The notes under the pieces were generated by a model. It was not told where the DNA came from and did no database searches. It was given only the letters and a program-made list of their open reading frames with translations. The position numbers and the translations under genes are program-made. Shown here one piece after another: positions 37,248 through 50,869 of a stretch of 64,000 nt of DNA (the first letter of the stretch is position 1; each line of letters opens with the position of its first letter). The DNA is from the human T2T-CHM13v2.0 reference genome, Homo sapiens, in the NCBI RefSeq assembly GCF_009914755.1, contig NC_060934.1. One strand, written 5' to 3'.

Positions 37248-38317
37248 TAGTTGACCCTAGAGCAACATTTTTTTTGTTTGTTTGGCAAGGGTATGGACTG
37301 CATTTTATTACTCTCTGCATCTCCACATTTGATATAGTTCCTGAAATATATTAGGTGCTCAGTAAATGTTTACAGAAGCAGTGCAAGATGCACACACTTT
37401 AGAGTGGGGCTTGGTATTTCTCTGTTTTTTTTATATTTATTTTTTATATCTAGATGGGCTTTTATTGTTTTTTTTTTTCTTTTGACTTTTAGGTTCTGAG
37501 GTACATTTTGGTTTGTTATATAGGTCAGCTTGTGTCACAACGGTTTGGTATACAGATTATTTCACCACTCAGGTACTAAGCATAGTGTGTGATAGGTATT
37601 TTTTTCTGATCTTCTCCCCCTGCCCACCTTCTACCCTTGATTATGCCCAGTGTCTGTTGATCCCCTCTTTGTGTGCATGTGTTCTTGTTATTTAGCTCCT
37701 ACTTATAAAGGAGAACATGTGGTATTTGATTTTCTGTTCCTGCATTAGTTTGCTAAAGATAATGGTCTCCAGCTCCATCCATATTGCTGCAAAGGATAGG
37801 ATCTCATTTTTTTTATAGCTGCATAGTATTCTATGGTGTAGATGTACCACATTTTCTTTATCCAGTCTACTGTTAATGGGCATTTAAGTTGTCTTTGCTA
37901 TGAACAACATGGGTTTGAACCATGAGTCTTCTTCTAGGTGGATTTCCTGTAGCCTCTGTCATTCCTGAGACAGCAAGGCCAACTCTTCCTTTTTTTCCTT
38001 CTCCTCAGCCTACTCAAAGTGAAGATGATGAGGATGAAGGCCTTTATAATGATTCACTTCTCTGTAATGAATAATATATATATTCTCTCTTATGACTTTC
38101 TTAATAACATTTTTTTCTAGCTTACTTTATTGTAAGAATACAGTATATAATACATATACAAAATATCTGTAAATTGACAGTTTATATTATTGGTAAGGCT
38201 TTGGTCAACAGCAGGCTGTTAGTAGTTAAGATTTTGGGTAGTGAAAAGTTATATATGGATTTTTGACTGTGCAGGGGGTTCACACTCTTCACCCCTACAT
38301 TGTTCAAAGGTGAACTG
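37248..38317 (+). mobile_element. Tigger2a MITE split at 37268/37901
   Basis: TIR TAGTTGACCCTAGAGCAACA at 37248, body resumes TGAACAACATGGGTTTGAAC at 37901, ends TGTTCAAAGGTGAACTG+TA. Confidence 0.82.
37467..37900 (-). mobile_element. Old L1PA/L1PB 3' fragment (PA15/16-like)
   Basis: L1 3'UTR GGTTTGGTATACAGATTATTTCACCACTCAGGTACTAAGCATAG. Confidence 0.8.
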
Positions 38318-38719
38318 TAATTGGATGTAGCCCACAATTATAATTATGTTTGATCAAAATCCTGAACGTGAAATTGCCAAACAAATAATGAAACTAAATT
38401 ATAAATATCATGAAATCATAACCTTGTGTAGGTTTGGGGACTCAAATTTTGGATTAGTAGAAAACAATAGTTTTTGTTAGACCAGACTTATGACTCTTTG
38501 ACAACATTATTTCTCAAACTTTAGCTGATTTCTGGCCTATTTATTTACAGTCTGTTGTACATGTAAATAATCAGAGCTGAAGATCTCTCATCTGGACATA
38601 ATTCTTAGGCCTAAAGACTCATTTAAAATAAAATTATTGGCTTCCATGAATTGCCTATTCTTTTCTAAATTTCATGATGAAGATACATGAAATAGGTTGA
38701 GCCAGAAGGCTGTCTTCTT

Positions 38720-39019
38720 TTTTTTGTTTTCTTTTTTGAGACGGAGTCTTGCTCTGTCACCCAGGCTGGAATGTAGTGTTGTGATTTTGTCTCCCTGAAA
38801 TCTCCACCTCCTGGGTTCAGGCAATTTTCATGCCTCAGCCTCCCAAGTAGCTAGGATTACAGGCATGCACCACCACACCTGGCTAACTTTTGTAATTTTA
38901 GTAGAGATGGAATTTCACCATGTTGCCCAGGCTGGTCTTGAACTCCTGGCCTCAAGTGAATCGCCTGCCTCAGCCTCCCAAAGTGCTGGGATTACAGGCG
39001 TGAGGGACCACGACCGCCC
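38720..39019 (-). mobile_element. Alu (Jb/Sz-like)
   Basis: Dimer; TSD AGAAGGCTGTCTTCTT. Confidence 0.9.
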
Positions 39020-39159
39020 AGAAGGCTGTCTTCTTAATCTGATCTTTATCACAGGACTGTCTCTCATTTCTGACAGAAGAATATCACAAGAAATGTTAGG
39101 AAAGGGATTGGTGCTACAATTTTATCTCCTTCTAAGTTTCTGTCTTCAGAGTTAGTAAA

Positions 39160-39281
39160 CATACACACCAGCATGTACTAGATATTGCCTGCTTGTGCCT
39201 GTTGTCCTGAATGATTATTGATAGTACTTCCTTTCTCTCACAAATATAAACTGATTTGGATGATAAGCTATATGATCATCC
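39160..39281 (-). mobile_element. MER94-like Blackjack MITE
   Basis: GCCTGTTGTCCTG...TTTGGATGATAAGCTATATGATCATCCC. Confidence 0.6.
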
Positions 39282-39639
39282 CATTTCTAAATTGCATTTT
39301 ATTGCTGATCCAGTCTGGGACAGACTTTGCCTAAGTTTATCTCTTTCTTGCAAGAGCGTTCCTAAAGTGGATAGGAACCTTGATGTACTGACATTGTTAC
39401 TTTTACCAACTACTTCCTCTAGAGTTTAAATCAACAGGCTTGGCACTTGAGCTGCTTGTCTTTCTCTTTATGCAATAGTGTACCAGGGGTTACTGGATTT
39501 TCACCTTGCAATATGTGCCCAACCACTAAGCCAATGATAAACAATTTATATGTTACTTGGGAAACACCCAACTCTGGTCTAAATTCCTGTATTATTAAGG
39601 ATAGACTTGTCTAACAAATAGATGTAAAAAGATAATCTA

Positions 39640-40820
39640 TTGAAGCTCCACTCCTGACACAGCTGAGTAAGCTCCTAAAGACCAACTCTCCTATTATCTG
39701 GACAAAGTACGAAAACATAAAGGAATAATATTAAATAACCAACAACTCCATGGAGGTACTTGAAAATGCATAAAAACAGTAAGGTTCTGGAGGGGAGTCA
39801 ATACTTGAAAGGAGAGAATGCTACATGATGATTTCCCCATTTTTACAGCTTTTAACCCAAAGGCTGTCCACAGTTGGTACATCACGGGGTAGCTAAAACT
39901 TCAATAGTCTTTCCAGAGGGCAGAAGTGAGAGCAATGCAGCAGCTGAAAAGTGAAGGAAAGGGAAAGGTAGAGGTGGAAATAGAGATAGGGATACACATG
40001 CACACACACACACACAGACACACACATATACAGAGAGAGAGAGAAAGAGAGAGAGAGAGCCCACACTCCACATTTACTCTGCCAAAATCTCTGGCTGACT
40101 CCTGAACCATGGTTGCTAGGCCAGATTGCAAGAAGCTCAATTAAGGATAAAAGAACTGAAATGAGATTTGAGCTGCTATTAAGGAGATATTTGCAGTTTG
40201 GGTCTATACAAATTAATTGCCTGCTAAAATGAACAAACAAAAAAAACATCATTTTTTGAGTAATTTACAAGGATCCAGAGTCTCTACAACATAAAATTCT
40301 CAGTGTCTAAGATATGACCCATAATAGCAAAGAAGCAGTAAAATGTAAAACATTCTCGAGACAGAAAAAAAAAAAATGCAAGAGGTTCCAACTGTGAGAT
40401 GACCCAGATGGAGTTAGCAGAAAGGGATTTTAAAGTGGCTGCTAAGCTACGCTCAGTGATGTAAAAGAAACATACATTGGTCAAAGAAAGTACAAACTAT
40501 GTGAAAAGAACAAGACGTGATTTCTAAAACTGAGAAATGTAATACCTGAATTAAACAGTTCATTGGGTGGGCTTAACAGTAGAATGGAGGTGACAGAAGA
40601 ATGAGTCTGTAAATATAAAGACGGATTATTTAAAATGATCTACTCTGAAGAACAGAGAACCAAAATGACCAAACCAAAATGACCAAACAAACATGACAAA
40701 GACATGGGGACTTCGGGGCCAGTATCAACAGTTCTAACATACAGGTATGTTTGGTTCAGGAAGGAAAGAAGAGGATAGACAATGGGGCAGGAAAAATTTG
40801 AAGAAATAACAGCCAGCTAA
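39640..40820 (+). mobile_element. Old L1M 5' region/ORF1 fragment with (CA)n(GA)n at 39993-40058
   Basis: ORF1-like GGGCTTAACAGTAGAATGGAGGTGACAGAAG; L1M 5' motif AAGACCAACTCTCC. Confidence 0.65.
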
Positions 40821-41723
40821 AAGCAGAAAATGATTCTCCTTATTCATGGGAACTTTAAATGCACATATTGCCTACTTCCCAGAACTGGGCAGTCGAGAGG
40901 CTTATGGTACAGAGTGTGTGGGCATGAGATGCCCGCATAGCTGAATCATCTCGTAGAACTCCTTTTGGCCAGTTTTTCCGGCTGCCTGACACAGAACACA
41001 CCGTGAGGAAGAAAAGCCTTCCATGAGAATCAATTCAGAATGACCTGGTATTCAAAGAACTTTATGAAAATGCATAAGTAAAGCCTTAGCAAGTCCACCC
41101 AAACTGAAATTTGACACAATCTATAAAGAGGTGCAAAGGGAACTTCAGAAAAAATCACTTAGCCTACCATGCAGAAGAGCGAAGAAGCCCTGGGCTCCCA
41201 AAGAGCTTGTAGATCCATGTGTTAGAGGGAAAAGAGAGTTCCAAGGACTTTTCTTCCTAATGAAGTTCTACCTCCCTGCCTTCCTGCCTTAGTAACACCA
41301 TCACCATCACATCAATTATAAAACATTATCAACAACACAGGAAGTCATCATGTGCTAAAGATAAGTGACCCTAAAATTATGCAAGTCATTATTACTAATT
41401 AAGATATGTGGATATAATTTCTTTTCTATTTACTCTGCTGTCCCCCTTTTTTATGTATGTAATAAAATTAAAAAGATAAATATTTTCATACATTGAATTT
41501 TAATCTTTGTCTCTGCACCCTATGTTAATTTAGGTCCTTATGCTCTCCTATCATTTATAAAGACTTGAAATTTCAGGAATCTCACCCTAGGGTTTGGGGA
41601 GTGATTGCAACATTCTTGTATCTCATTTGGAAGTATAATGACTCTTTACAATAAAATCATGGAGAATAGAGGAATAAGTAGACTTTAATATGTTGATTTG
41701 TTTGACCAAGGCACCAGAGCTTC

Positions 41724-41892
41724 TAGTACCTTGCTGCTCCAAATATGTGTAGCACAACCTCAGTATCACCTGGGAGCTTGCTAAAGCTGCAAAATCCCAG
41801 GACCTGCTCCATACCTATTGAATCAGAATATGGATTTTAACAAGTTCTTTGGGTGATTCTTACAAACATTAAACTTTTAAAACCACTGGCCT
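41724..41892. mobile_element. MER5A/B MITE
   Basis: ATCACCTGGGAGCTTGCTAAAG...GAATCAGAAT...TTTTAACAAG...AACCACTG. Confidence 0.75.
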
Positions 41893-43516
41893 AATTCAGT
41901 TTACCTTTCCCCTTTCAAAAAAGTATATACTTTAGACTAATTTAATCTCTACATTTTTATCTTTCACATGTTAATTAATTCTCTCTTTTGTATGTGGCAT
42001 TTTATTATGTGGCCCTTAGCAAGCGGATGGCCAAGAAGATGGAGAGAATCAGCACACAGATAGCATAAACAATATAAGTTAAGAAATTTGCAGGACATGG
42101 GGAATGTACTCTAATGTTTTGAATGAGTTGATATCTAAAAGGGTGCAGCTCTCCTTAATATCTGATATATGTTTGAGTTATTGGCTAGGCATGCTCTATG
42201 AATTGATGCAGAAAATGTCAGGGTAGAAGTGGGGTAGGTGGTGATTGTGTAGAGAAGATGACAGGAAAAACCCTTGTCAAGCATTTTTACTCCAAGGAAG
42301 ACTTGTAATGTAAGTGAAAGAGTTTTTAGTGTTTTTTAAAAAGTGGGTAAATTAGATGAAATTAAGGGGTCTGGTAGCCAGCAGTCTGATGTTCCCTTGA
42401 TCTTAGTCTGGTTGGTTCTTTCCACTAATGAAGTCTTCTCATGTTCACTTACATAAAATTCTTTTCAAAGGGGAAACTCAAATTTGAACACACACACACA
42501 CGTGCAGGCACACACACACATATCCAACACTGATTAAAATAGATGCAGTCACTGACTTCAGATAAAAAAGTACTATTAATGTATAACCAGGTCAATAATC
42601 ATAACCTAGACTTCCCAAATGTGAGGCTGAACTTGTATTTCAGAGCTGCAGACAGTCAATGCCCTGCCTTGATTCTTGCATTCTCTTTCGTTAATTCTGT
42701 GCAAACACATGGGCCTTTCTAATTAGCCTGTCTTTAATGGAGGCAGTAACTGAATGTCAACACCAGGGTAGGTCACTAAATGCCATTTCTGTTGTTAAAA
42801 ACCAAGGAAACAGACAGGAGAGCACACCAAACGCAGCAAGAAACATGGAACAGTAAGAACATGAGTGAGGAGAGAGGTGCTTCTAATGAATGATAATGAA
42901 ATGAGAGGTCAAAGTCTGTCATAAACTCTGAAGTTAGTAATAATCTTATTTTCCATTTAATGGCCTAGGAGTAGTCCTCGGAGGAAAGGTAAGACTGTGA
43001 TGTTATAAGCAAAATGATATAGGCTAAAGGGAGACTAAGTGAGGGTTTTCTTGTAATACTATAAATTAAGAGTGAACACAGTAGAAGGCAAAAATTATCC
43101 TCAAGATTTTTTAGCCTGGTACTTTTGTCTTTTCAAGCTGTAGACAAAAGTGTTTCAATTTTGACTGAGTGAATGTTTGCTGCATGCTCTTTGAGTACTT
43201 TGAGTTGGATTTGGGGGATGTAATTTGTTTTCACGTATTCGATTAATTTTGTATCTCACAATATCCCTTTCCAGGCCTGTGGCCATATTTACATTTTAAA
43301 TATAAAAAAGCCAGGATACAAATATTAGGGAAGAAATATCTGCAAAGTGAATTATTCCTTACAGAAATTTCCTTGTGTCTATGTGGTGGTTCCTGATTAT
43401 TTACTTAAGTTTTATAGTTGTGTATCTCCTATTACTCCCAATAGATTAGAAAATCTTTTAATTGGGAAAACATTCCCCGCATTTCTTCTGTGTCCTGTAC
43501 CTAGTAGGTTCTCAGT

Positions 43517-44317
43517 TGTATGAGAAAAACCAACTATTTTGTTCTATGTACACTCTAACAAGATGTGTGGGATTTTTTTCCCACATCTATCAATTCTTCA
43601 AAGCAGCTGGGTGTCCCATAATTCAATTCCATTCTGACACTAACTGGACTTAGTGCAGACCCCACAGGTTAAAGGCTCAGTGCCACAAGACTTCCCCCAA
43701 CTTCAGACACCAGTCGTAAGTCCTCAGGTTACCCACAACTCTGTCCATCTTGTCCACACATTGGAGGACCCCACAACCTCCTCCTCAGGTTTGGTCCTTT
43801 GCTCACAGAACTTGGAGAAACACTTGGTTATGTTTACTGGTTTATTATAAAGGATATTACAGAGAATATAGGTGAACTGCCAGATGAAGAGGTATACAGG
43901 GAGAAGCCTGGAAAGGTCCCAAGTTTAGGAGCTTCTGTTACTGTGGAGTTAGGATGCACCACCTTCCTGGTACGTGGATGTGTTCACCAACACAGAAGCT
44001 CTCTGAACTCCATCTTCTAGGGATTTTTATGGAGGCCTCATCAAATAGGCATGATTGATTATTAACTCAATCTGCTGTTCCTCTCCCCTCCCCAGAGGAT
44101 GAGGGTGTTGGATGAAAGTTCCAAGCTTCTAATTATAGCTTGGTCTTTCTGGCCACTGGCACCTATCCTGAAGCTATGCAGGAGCCCACCAAGAGTCAAG
44201 TCATTAGAACAAAAGAGATTCCTATCACCCAGGAAATTACAAGAGATTTAGGAGCCCTGTGTCAGGAACTGGGAAGGAAGACCAGATAGGTGCTTCTTAT
44301 TGTATCACAATATAACA
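43517..44317 (-). mobile_element. MER21-type ERVL solo LTR inserted in an L2 tail
   Basis: TG...CA ends; minus strand starts TGTTATATTGTGATACAATAAG; 5-bp TSD TCAGT (43512-43516, 44318-44322). Confidence 0.8.
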
Positions 44318-45102
44318 TCAGTAAATGCCTTTGAAATTTATATACTTTTCAATATTCATTTTAATTATGAAAGATTATTTTAGTGTCTGCCACAACAATA
44401 ATTCTCTAATGGAGTACTAAATCTTTGAATTTTAACATTAGCTCTAGAGATTATAAGTGATTTCTTATAAAGTACATTTATAGACTGATATTATGTTATG
44501 CTAATTTGGAGTTTTTCAATACAGATTAATTGATTTGGGATAGGAGATGGCAACAAAATATCATAAATAGTAAATCCTTTCACTAATATTTTCTTATAGA
44601 TTCTCATGATTGATGCCTAATGTAGTGAAACAAAGCTTTCCCAAATGTCTTAGAATTTAAATAGCTGTGCTATGAGGATTTTAACAATACCCAAGGTTAT
44701 TTTCCTTTAAACAGATATACAAATTCTAAGCTCAGAGATGTGCCTTTAAGCAGATGTACAAATTCTTAGCTTAGAAATATACTTTTGAGTCTTTTAATAA
44801 ATACCATTATAATTCTGCATATATTTAGAAGAGTCATCTTTAAAAAGATTTGCCTAGCACATAACTAGCTCAGTAAAAGTCAAACGAGTGGATCTATAAG
44901 TGTCTCCTTCAATTAGCCTTGTAAATTAGATAAACTGTTGTAGTCTTTCTGCTGCACACAAAGTTAAAGCATTAAATAAACGCCCAAGAAAGGAGTTAAG
45001 TGCTAGGAACCTATTACTTGGTCTGTGCTACTAAAGTGATTTCAATCTAATAGGCAAATAAAACAGGATTATAAAGGATTAGGGAAACAATGTGATGTAG
45101 AC

Positions 45103-45610
45103 TGTGGTTGATGAATTGCACTGATGGTCACAATTAATGTTGTCTCTGTGTCCACACTTTTTGTCTTATAACTGTCAAATCTTTTTCCATTCTGACTCTG
45201 GGCTGGGCTTATGACTTTTCTTCAGCTCACAGAACGTGATGGAAATAACAGGGTGTTGGTTCTAAGTCTACGTCTCAGGAATCTTCCCTCTTTTGCTTGG
45301 ATCCTTGTTTTCTTGCTCATTCCAGTCCTCTGTCCCCACCTTGTGAACATGTCTGGACACCTGGAGGATGAGACATGTGGAGAAAAGCCAGTGTGGCTCA
45401 GTGACAGCCTGACAACTCCCAAAAGCAGATGTAGTCCCGCCGAGACAAGCTGCAGTTTACCATAGATTTATGCAACCACCTCAAACCACAAAAGCCTCCC
45501 AGCTAAGTCTAGTCCAAATTTTCAACCAACGGGATTATAAGCTAAGAGACTGGCTGCTGTTTAAGCCACTACATGTAGTGGATTGTTATATAGCAGTAGT
45601 TAACTGTTAT
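45103..45610 (+). mobile_element. MLT1F/G-like MaLR LTR
   Basis: TGTGGTTGATG... start; end TTTAAGCCACTA...GTTATATAGCAGTAGTTAACTG. Confidence 0.7.
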
Positions 45611-46457
45611 GTGACGTTAAGAGCTGTGGACCCTGGCTATGTTTGCTGATTTTTCTAAAACTTACTTTCTTATGTAGAAACATACTATCCTTATCAAATG
45701 TTTGTGAGGCTTAAATTTGTACATGACAAATTACCTTAGATGGACTTAATAAACAGACACCATTACCACTACCAGTATTGCTACATTTGTGTTACTGCTG
45801 TTGCAATGAACCAAGAATTACAAGAGCAATATTTTATGTGCTATGGAAACATGAAGTAGGTGGCAACTTAATTGTCCCTTTAAGTGCCAGGGAAAGCTAA
45901 AAAGAGGTGGTCGTATAGAACCTGAATCTTAAAGGTTCTTTCAGGTGCGAAGAGGTGTTAAAAAATCCTAGCAAAAGGATGGCCTATAGTGATATTGGAG
46001 ACTGAAATAATTGGATTAGTATAACATTTCACTTGACAAAGCATTTTCAGAAACAGTTTATTTGATATTCACAGCATCATTTCACAGCAGAAAATGTCTT
46101 TATTTTATTATTTAAAAATGGGTATTCTAAGTTGCCGTGAGTTATTTTGGGTCATTCAGTTTGAAAATCATGGAGCTCCCCTCGAATCCAGGCCTTTTTA
46201 CCACAACAAAAGGTGATGTTTTATATATCACAATGCTTTCTTTTATTTTATATAGTTTCCCTAAATGAATTAGAAGTATTGAAAGTTTATAAAGTACTTA
46301 TGTAAGACTGACAGCATGCTTATGAAAATAGATTCTTTAATTTAGGATCTACTAAGTCCTTCTTTAGATTTTTCCAACAGATAGTTAAGCAGAGAAGACG
46401 TCACTACATTTAGGATAATATTGGGAATTTATGTATCTCACATTCATTTTGTATAGT

Positions 46458-46551
46458 TTGTGTGTGTGTGGGTGAGCGTGTGTGTGATGTGTGTGAGGGG
46501 GGCAGAGGGGAGGGAGGGAAGGAGGGAGAGAGAGGAGAGAGAGAGACAGAC
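46458..46551. repeat. (TG)n and GA-rich low-complexity tract
   Basis: Direct reading. Confidence 0.85.
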
Positions 46552-47379
46552 AGAAACTACTTCCCATAATAACAGTAGTCTTTTGTTCCATTGTATTAAA
46601 AAATTCCAATTCTAAAAAATAAATTGCTTAAAGTAATGTGAGTTTAGAATGATTGCGTTTTTAAATTTTCTTTAATTGGAAATATGGAGAAATTTGAATT
46701 ACTTTTTAACACCCAGGGAAAGCCTTAATTTTATTTTTTGACATCTAGCAAAACCTTTCTAATACGTGGTAAAAACCTGTTAATGATTTGGGATGCATCC
46801 TATGACTGAAAGCTAAATAAAAGGGTATATTTGTAGCCCATTAACATGTTTTTTAAGGTTTAAGCTACATGGAAGCACAAAGTTCAGCTTCTGATGTCAC
46901 CAATTTCATTGTAAATCACATTTAATGTGGTTTTCTAGTTTAAAAATGACATTTTAAAAGCTATTACTTGGTTGTCCGCCTTCAGGACAAGGGTGGCCCT
47001 GATGGAGTAATAAATTTTGATGGAACATTGGCTTATTAAAAGTCTTCAAATTATGCTGATAATTATCTGGAGTTTATAGAGATTACTGTGTCATTATGTT
47101 TAAATGAGTCTCCAGCATAACCCACTGCAAGCTGGGCCAGAAAGCTGTGGCTGATATTGCCATATAATATGTAGCTGGATTAAGGAAGACACCATGTTCT
47201 CCTGGGTTTCTAAAAGCCACCAATTATTGTAGATTGAATTATTGTAGACTGCAGCCCAGATTTTGTTTTTGAATTCCAGCTCCCTGTATCCAATGGTCTA
47301 CCACTCGAAAGGCCTATATTCACCACCATTTTAGCAGGAGCTAACCGATCCCCTTCCCTTTGATACCAGAAATACAGGC

Positions 47380-48350
47380 CACTCTGAAAAACAAGTGAAG
47401 GATTTAATTAGCCATTCATAAAACAGGGCAATCAAAGGCCATTTATCATACAAAAAGGTGTTCATCTTCACTAGTTAATCAGGGAAATAGAAATTAAAAC
47501 CATAACAGTATACTATCACATACCTGTCAATCTGACTAAAAAGAATGACAATACCAATTGTTGGTAAGGATATAGAGCTATGTGAACTCTCATACACTTC
47601 TGGTAGGAATGTAAATTTTTGCAACCAAAACACTTTGGAAAGGTGTGTACTGTTTACTGCTCTAGTTTAAGATATACATAATTTACAGTTCAATAATTCC
47701 ACTTCTAAGAGAAGTGCATGTATATATGCAACAGGATACACACATAAGAATGTTCACAGCAGCATTAGTTTAATACAGTTGATCTTTGAACAACATAGGG
47801 ATTCAGGGCACTGAAGCCCCCCAACACAGCTGAAAATTCACATATAAGTTTTGACTCCCTCAAAACGTAACTATGAATAGCCTACTGTTGATTAAAAGCC
47901 TTACCAATAACAAAATAGTTGATTAATGCATATTTGTATGTTATATGTATTATACAGTAGTTTCAAACTAGAGATTACTCAAGTATCCATCAATGGTATA
48001 GACTGTATTATGTTCATACAATGGAATCTCATGCAGTGATACAAATGAACCATCTTGCTATACACAACAGGGTGTATGAATCTTGCATATACAGTACTGC
48101 ATGAAAGAAGCCAGGCATAAAAAAATTTACTAAACTTTTTCATTAATATCAGCTCCAAAATGAGAAAGAGATGAACTGTTAGAATAGAAATAAAGACATT
48201 TGTTACATTTAAGAAGGAGAGAGAGGTAGTACAGTGGAGAGGGCACCAAGAAGACACCCAAGGAACTATCAATATTCGATTTCTTAAAACTTGATGGCAG
48301 TTATATAGGTGTTTGTTTCGTGATATCTCATTGAACGGTTGCATACCTAG
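47380..48350 (+). mobile_element. L1ME-like 3' region containing a Tigger2-family end fragment (47775-47958)
   Basis: L1 3' motifs; TACAGTTGATCTTTGAACAACA TIR. Confidence 0.7.
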
Positions 48351-48739
48351 CATATTTGACAACTAGAATAGATAATCTGACTACCAGAATAGATAATAAG
48401 GGAGTTTCCCAATCCTCTTTCTAGGTGATGAAATTATTTTTATTAATAATCACAATAATCAATGAATAATCCATATTTTAGGGATTCATCTTTAGTTTTA
48501 AAACAACTAAAGCAGAAGAATAAAATTCAAATAATATTATACTTTACAGTTGGCTCCCTGTTTCACTGTTTTACATTTTAACATACATAAAATCTCCAAG
48601 TAGTCATATTTAATAATTCAATTAAATAGAATTCTATTTCTTCATTTTTATAGTCATGGTGTGATTATTGCTGATTTCTAATATCATATCATGTGTTGGA
48701 GACTCACTGTTCCCAAAGCATGCAATTGGAAACCATTAT

Positions 48740-49152
48740 TGTATTTGTTTGCTAAGGCTGCCATAGCAAGATACCACAGAGTGGGTGGGTTAAACAATAG
48801 AAATTTAATTTCTCACAGTTCTGAGGGCTGAAAGTAAGTCCAGGATCAAGGTGTCAGCAGGGCTGGGTTCTCCTGAGGCTCCTCTCCTTGTCCTGCAGAT
48901 GGCTGCCTTCTGGCCGAGTCCTCACATAGCATTTCCTCTGTGTGTGCACATCTCTGATGTCTCCCCATGTGTCCTGATCTCCTTGTATCAAGACACCAGT
49001 CAGATTGGATTAAGGGCATCTTAGCGACCTTATTTTCAATTACTTTCCTTTTTAAAAGCTTTGTCTTCAAATACAGTCTCATTCTGAGGTGCTGGGGGTT
49101 AGGGCTTCAACATGAATTTGGGTAGGGGTGGCACAGAATTCGGCCCATAACA
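48740..49152 (-). mobile_element. MLT1B solo LTR
   Basis: Minus strand starts TGTTATGGGCCGAATT; TSD ATTAT on both sides. Confidence 0.85.
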
Positions 49153-49843
49153 ATTATAAATTTAACTCTTGAAAGAATGTTTGTAGCTTGTACCCTTGTG
49201 TTGGGACCTAACCATGTAACTGGAAGTTCTCTGGATTAGTGTCCATGTTGAACTCAGAGTTTATTAAAGAATACATAATAATAGTGCTAATTTTACACAC
49301 ACTCACACACATATATACTTAAGACTCAGTAGTAAGCACACTATTGTTTAGAATTTAAATCAACACAGGATATTTTATTCAGTGAAGAATATTCTATCAC
49401 TGACATTGCTCAGAAATTCTGGCCCAGAGTGATGATTAAAAGCAGACCAATTTTAGTTATTTTTTAAATTGTTTTTAAGTTTTCTGCAGAGAACGTGCCC
49501 CCTTATTGCCTGAAGTCAGTGCAGATCACTCTAACAGTGATCTTGGTCCACCTCTGTCCATGGAATTTTATATTTATGCTTTATGCACTTTTCTGCATTG
49601 GTGTTATATTTCAATATGTTTAAAAAGTGTTGACTTGGAAGCTAGATAGATCAAGGTTCAAATCCTCCATATGTATAAATGATGCTGTCCTTTGCAAGCT
49701 GCTAATCTTCTCCATGCTTTGGCTTCTCACTCAGAAAATGAGGATTACACTATACCTCCCAGGAGCATTACGAAGATTTAAATAAAATCAGATACTACAT
49801 ATAAATACTTAGTCAAGTTCCAGGCACAGAATAAAATGCCCAC

Positions 49844-50255
49844 TGATGGAGTTTGAATGCATGTCCCTGCCAAATCTTGTGTTGAATTGTAATCCCCAAT
49901 GCTGGAGGTGGGATCTGGTGGAAGGTGCTTGGGTCATGGGGGCGGGTCTTTTATGGCTTGGTGCTGTGTTCATGATAATGAGTTCTTGTGAGGTCTGGTC
50001 ATTTCAAAAGTGTCTGGCACTTCTCCTCCGACTCTCTCTCACTTGCTCCTGCTTTCAACATGTGACGTGCCTATTCCCTCTTTGCCTTTCGCTATGATTG
50101 AAACCTCCCTGAGGCTTCACCAGAAGCTGAGTAGATGCCAGCACTATGCTTCCTGTAAAGCCTGCAGAACCATGAGCCAATTAAGACTATTTTCTTTATA
50201 AATTACCCAGTCTCAGGTATTTCTTTATATAGCAACACAAGAATGGACGAATATA
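49844..50255 (+). mobile_element. MSTA/MSTB solo LTR inserted in a MIR tail (MIR ~49630-49843)
   Basis: TGATGGAGTTTG...TTGTAATCCCCAATG...AATTACCCAGTCTCAGGTATTTC; TSD CCCAC/CTCAC. Confidence 0.85.
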
Positions 50256-50658
50256 CTCACTATTGAGTGAATCACATAGAGAGTTCTAGTTATTGTCATT
50301 TCACTTGTTTGTCTAAATTACTCAATCTCAAGCTTCCTGTGAGGAGATACAATCTTAGATGAATGACTTAATTTGCTAGCTCTTATGTGACAAGCACTGT
50401 TAGTGAGAAGATGACCCGTGTTTATAGACTTGTGGAGCAGGCAATCAAGTAGGAAAAACACAGCAATATATCTTACTGTGTTAGTGGAGAAATGTGTAGG
50501 AAGCTGTGGGAGAACCAATAAGGGAGCAACTGAGTTGCTGGAGCGATCAGGAAAAGACTAGCTAGAGGAGATTAATTTGAGCTTGATTTTGAAACCTGCG
50601 AACAGACAATGGAAAGGCATGACCTGCACAAAGGTTACTAGAGATGCTTCCTATAGGG

Positions 50659-50869
50659 CAGTGGTTCCCTTGGGGACAATTTTTCTCCACGGAGGATATT
50701 TGGCAATGTCTGGAGATCTTTTTGTTTATCAGAACTGTGGAGGTGCTACTGACATCTAGTGGGCAGAGGCAAGAGTTGCTGCTAAACATCTTGCAAGGCA
50801 CAGGACAGCCCCTAGGCCGAAGAATTATCCTGCCCACAGTGTCAATACAGCTGAAGTTGAGAAAGCCTG
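50659..50869 (+). mobile_element. MER20
   Basis: CAGTGGTTC...TTTGGCAATGTCTGGAGA...GTTGAGAAAGCCTG. Confidence 0.85.
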
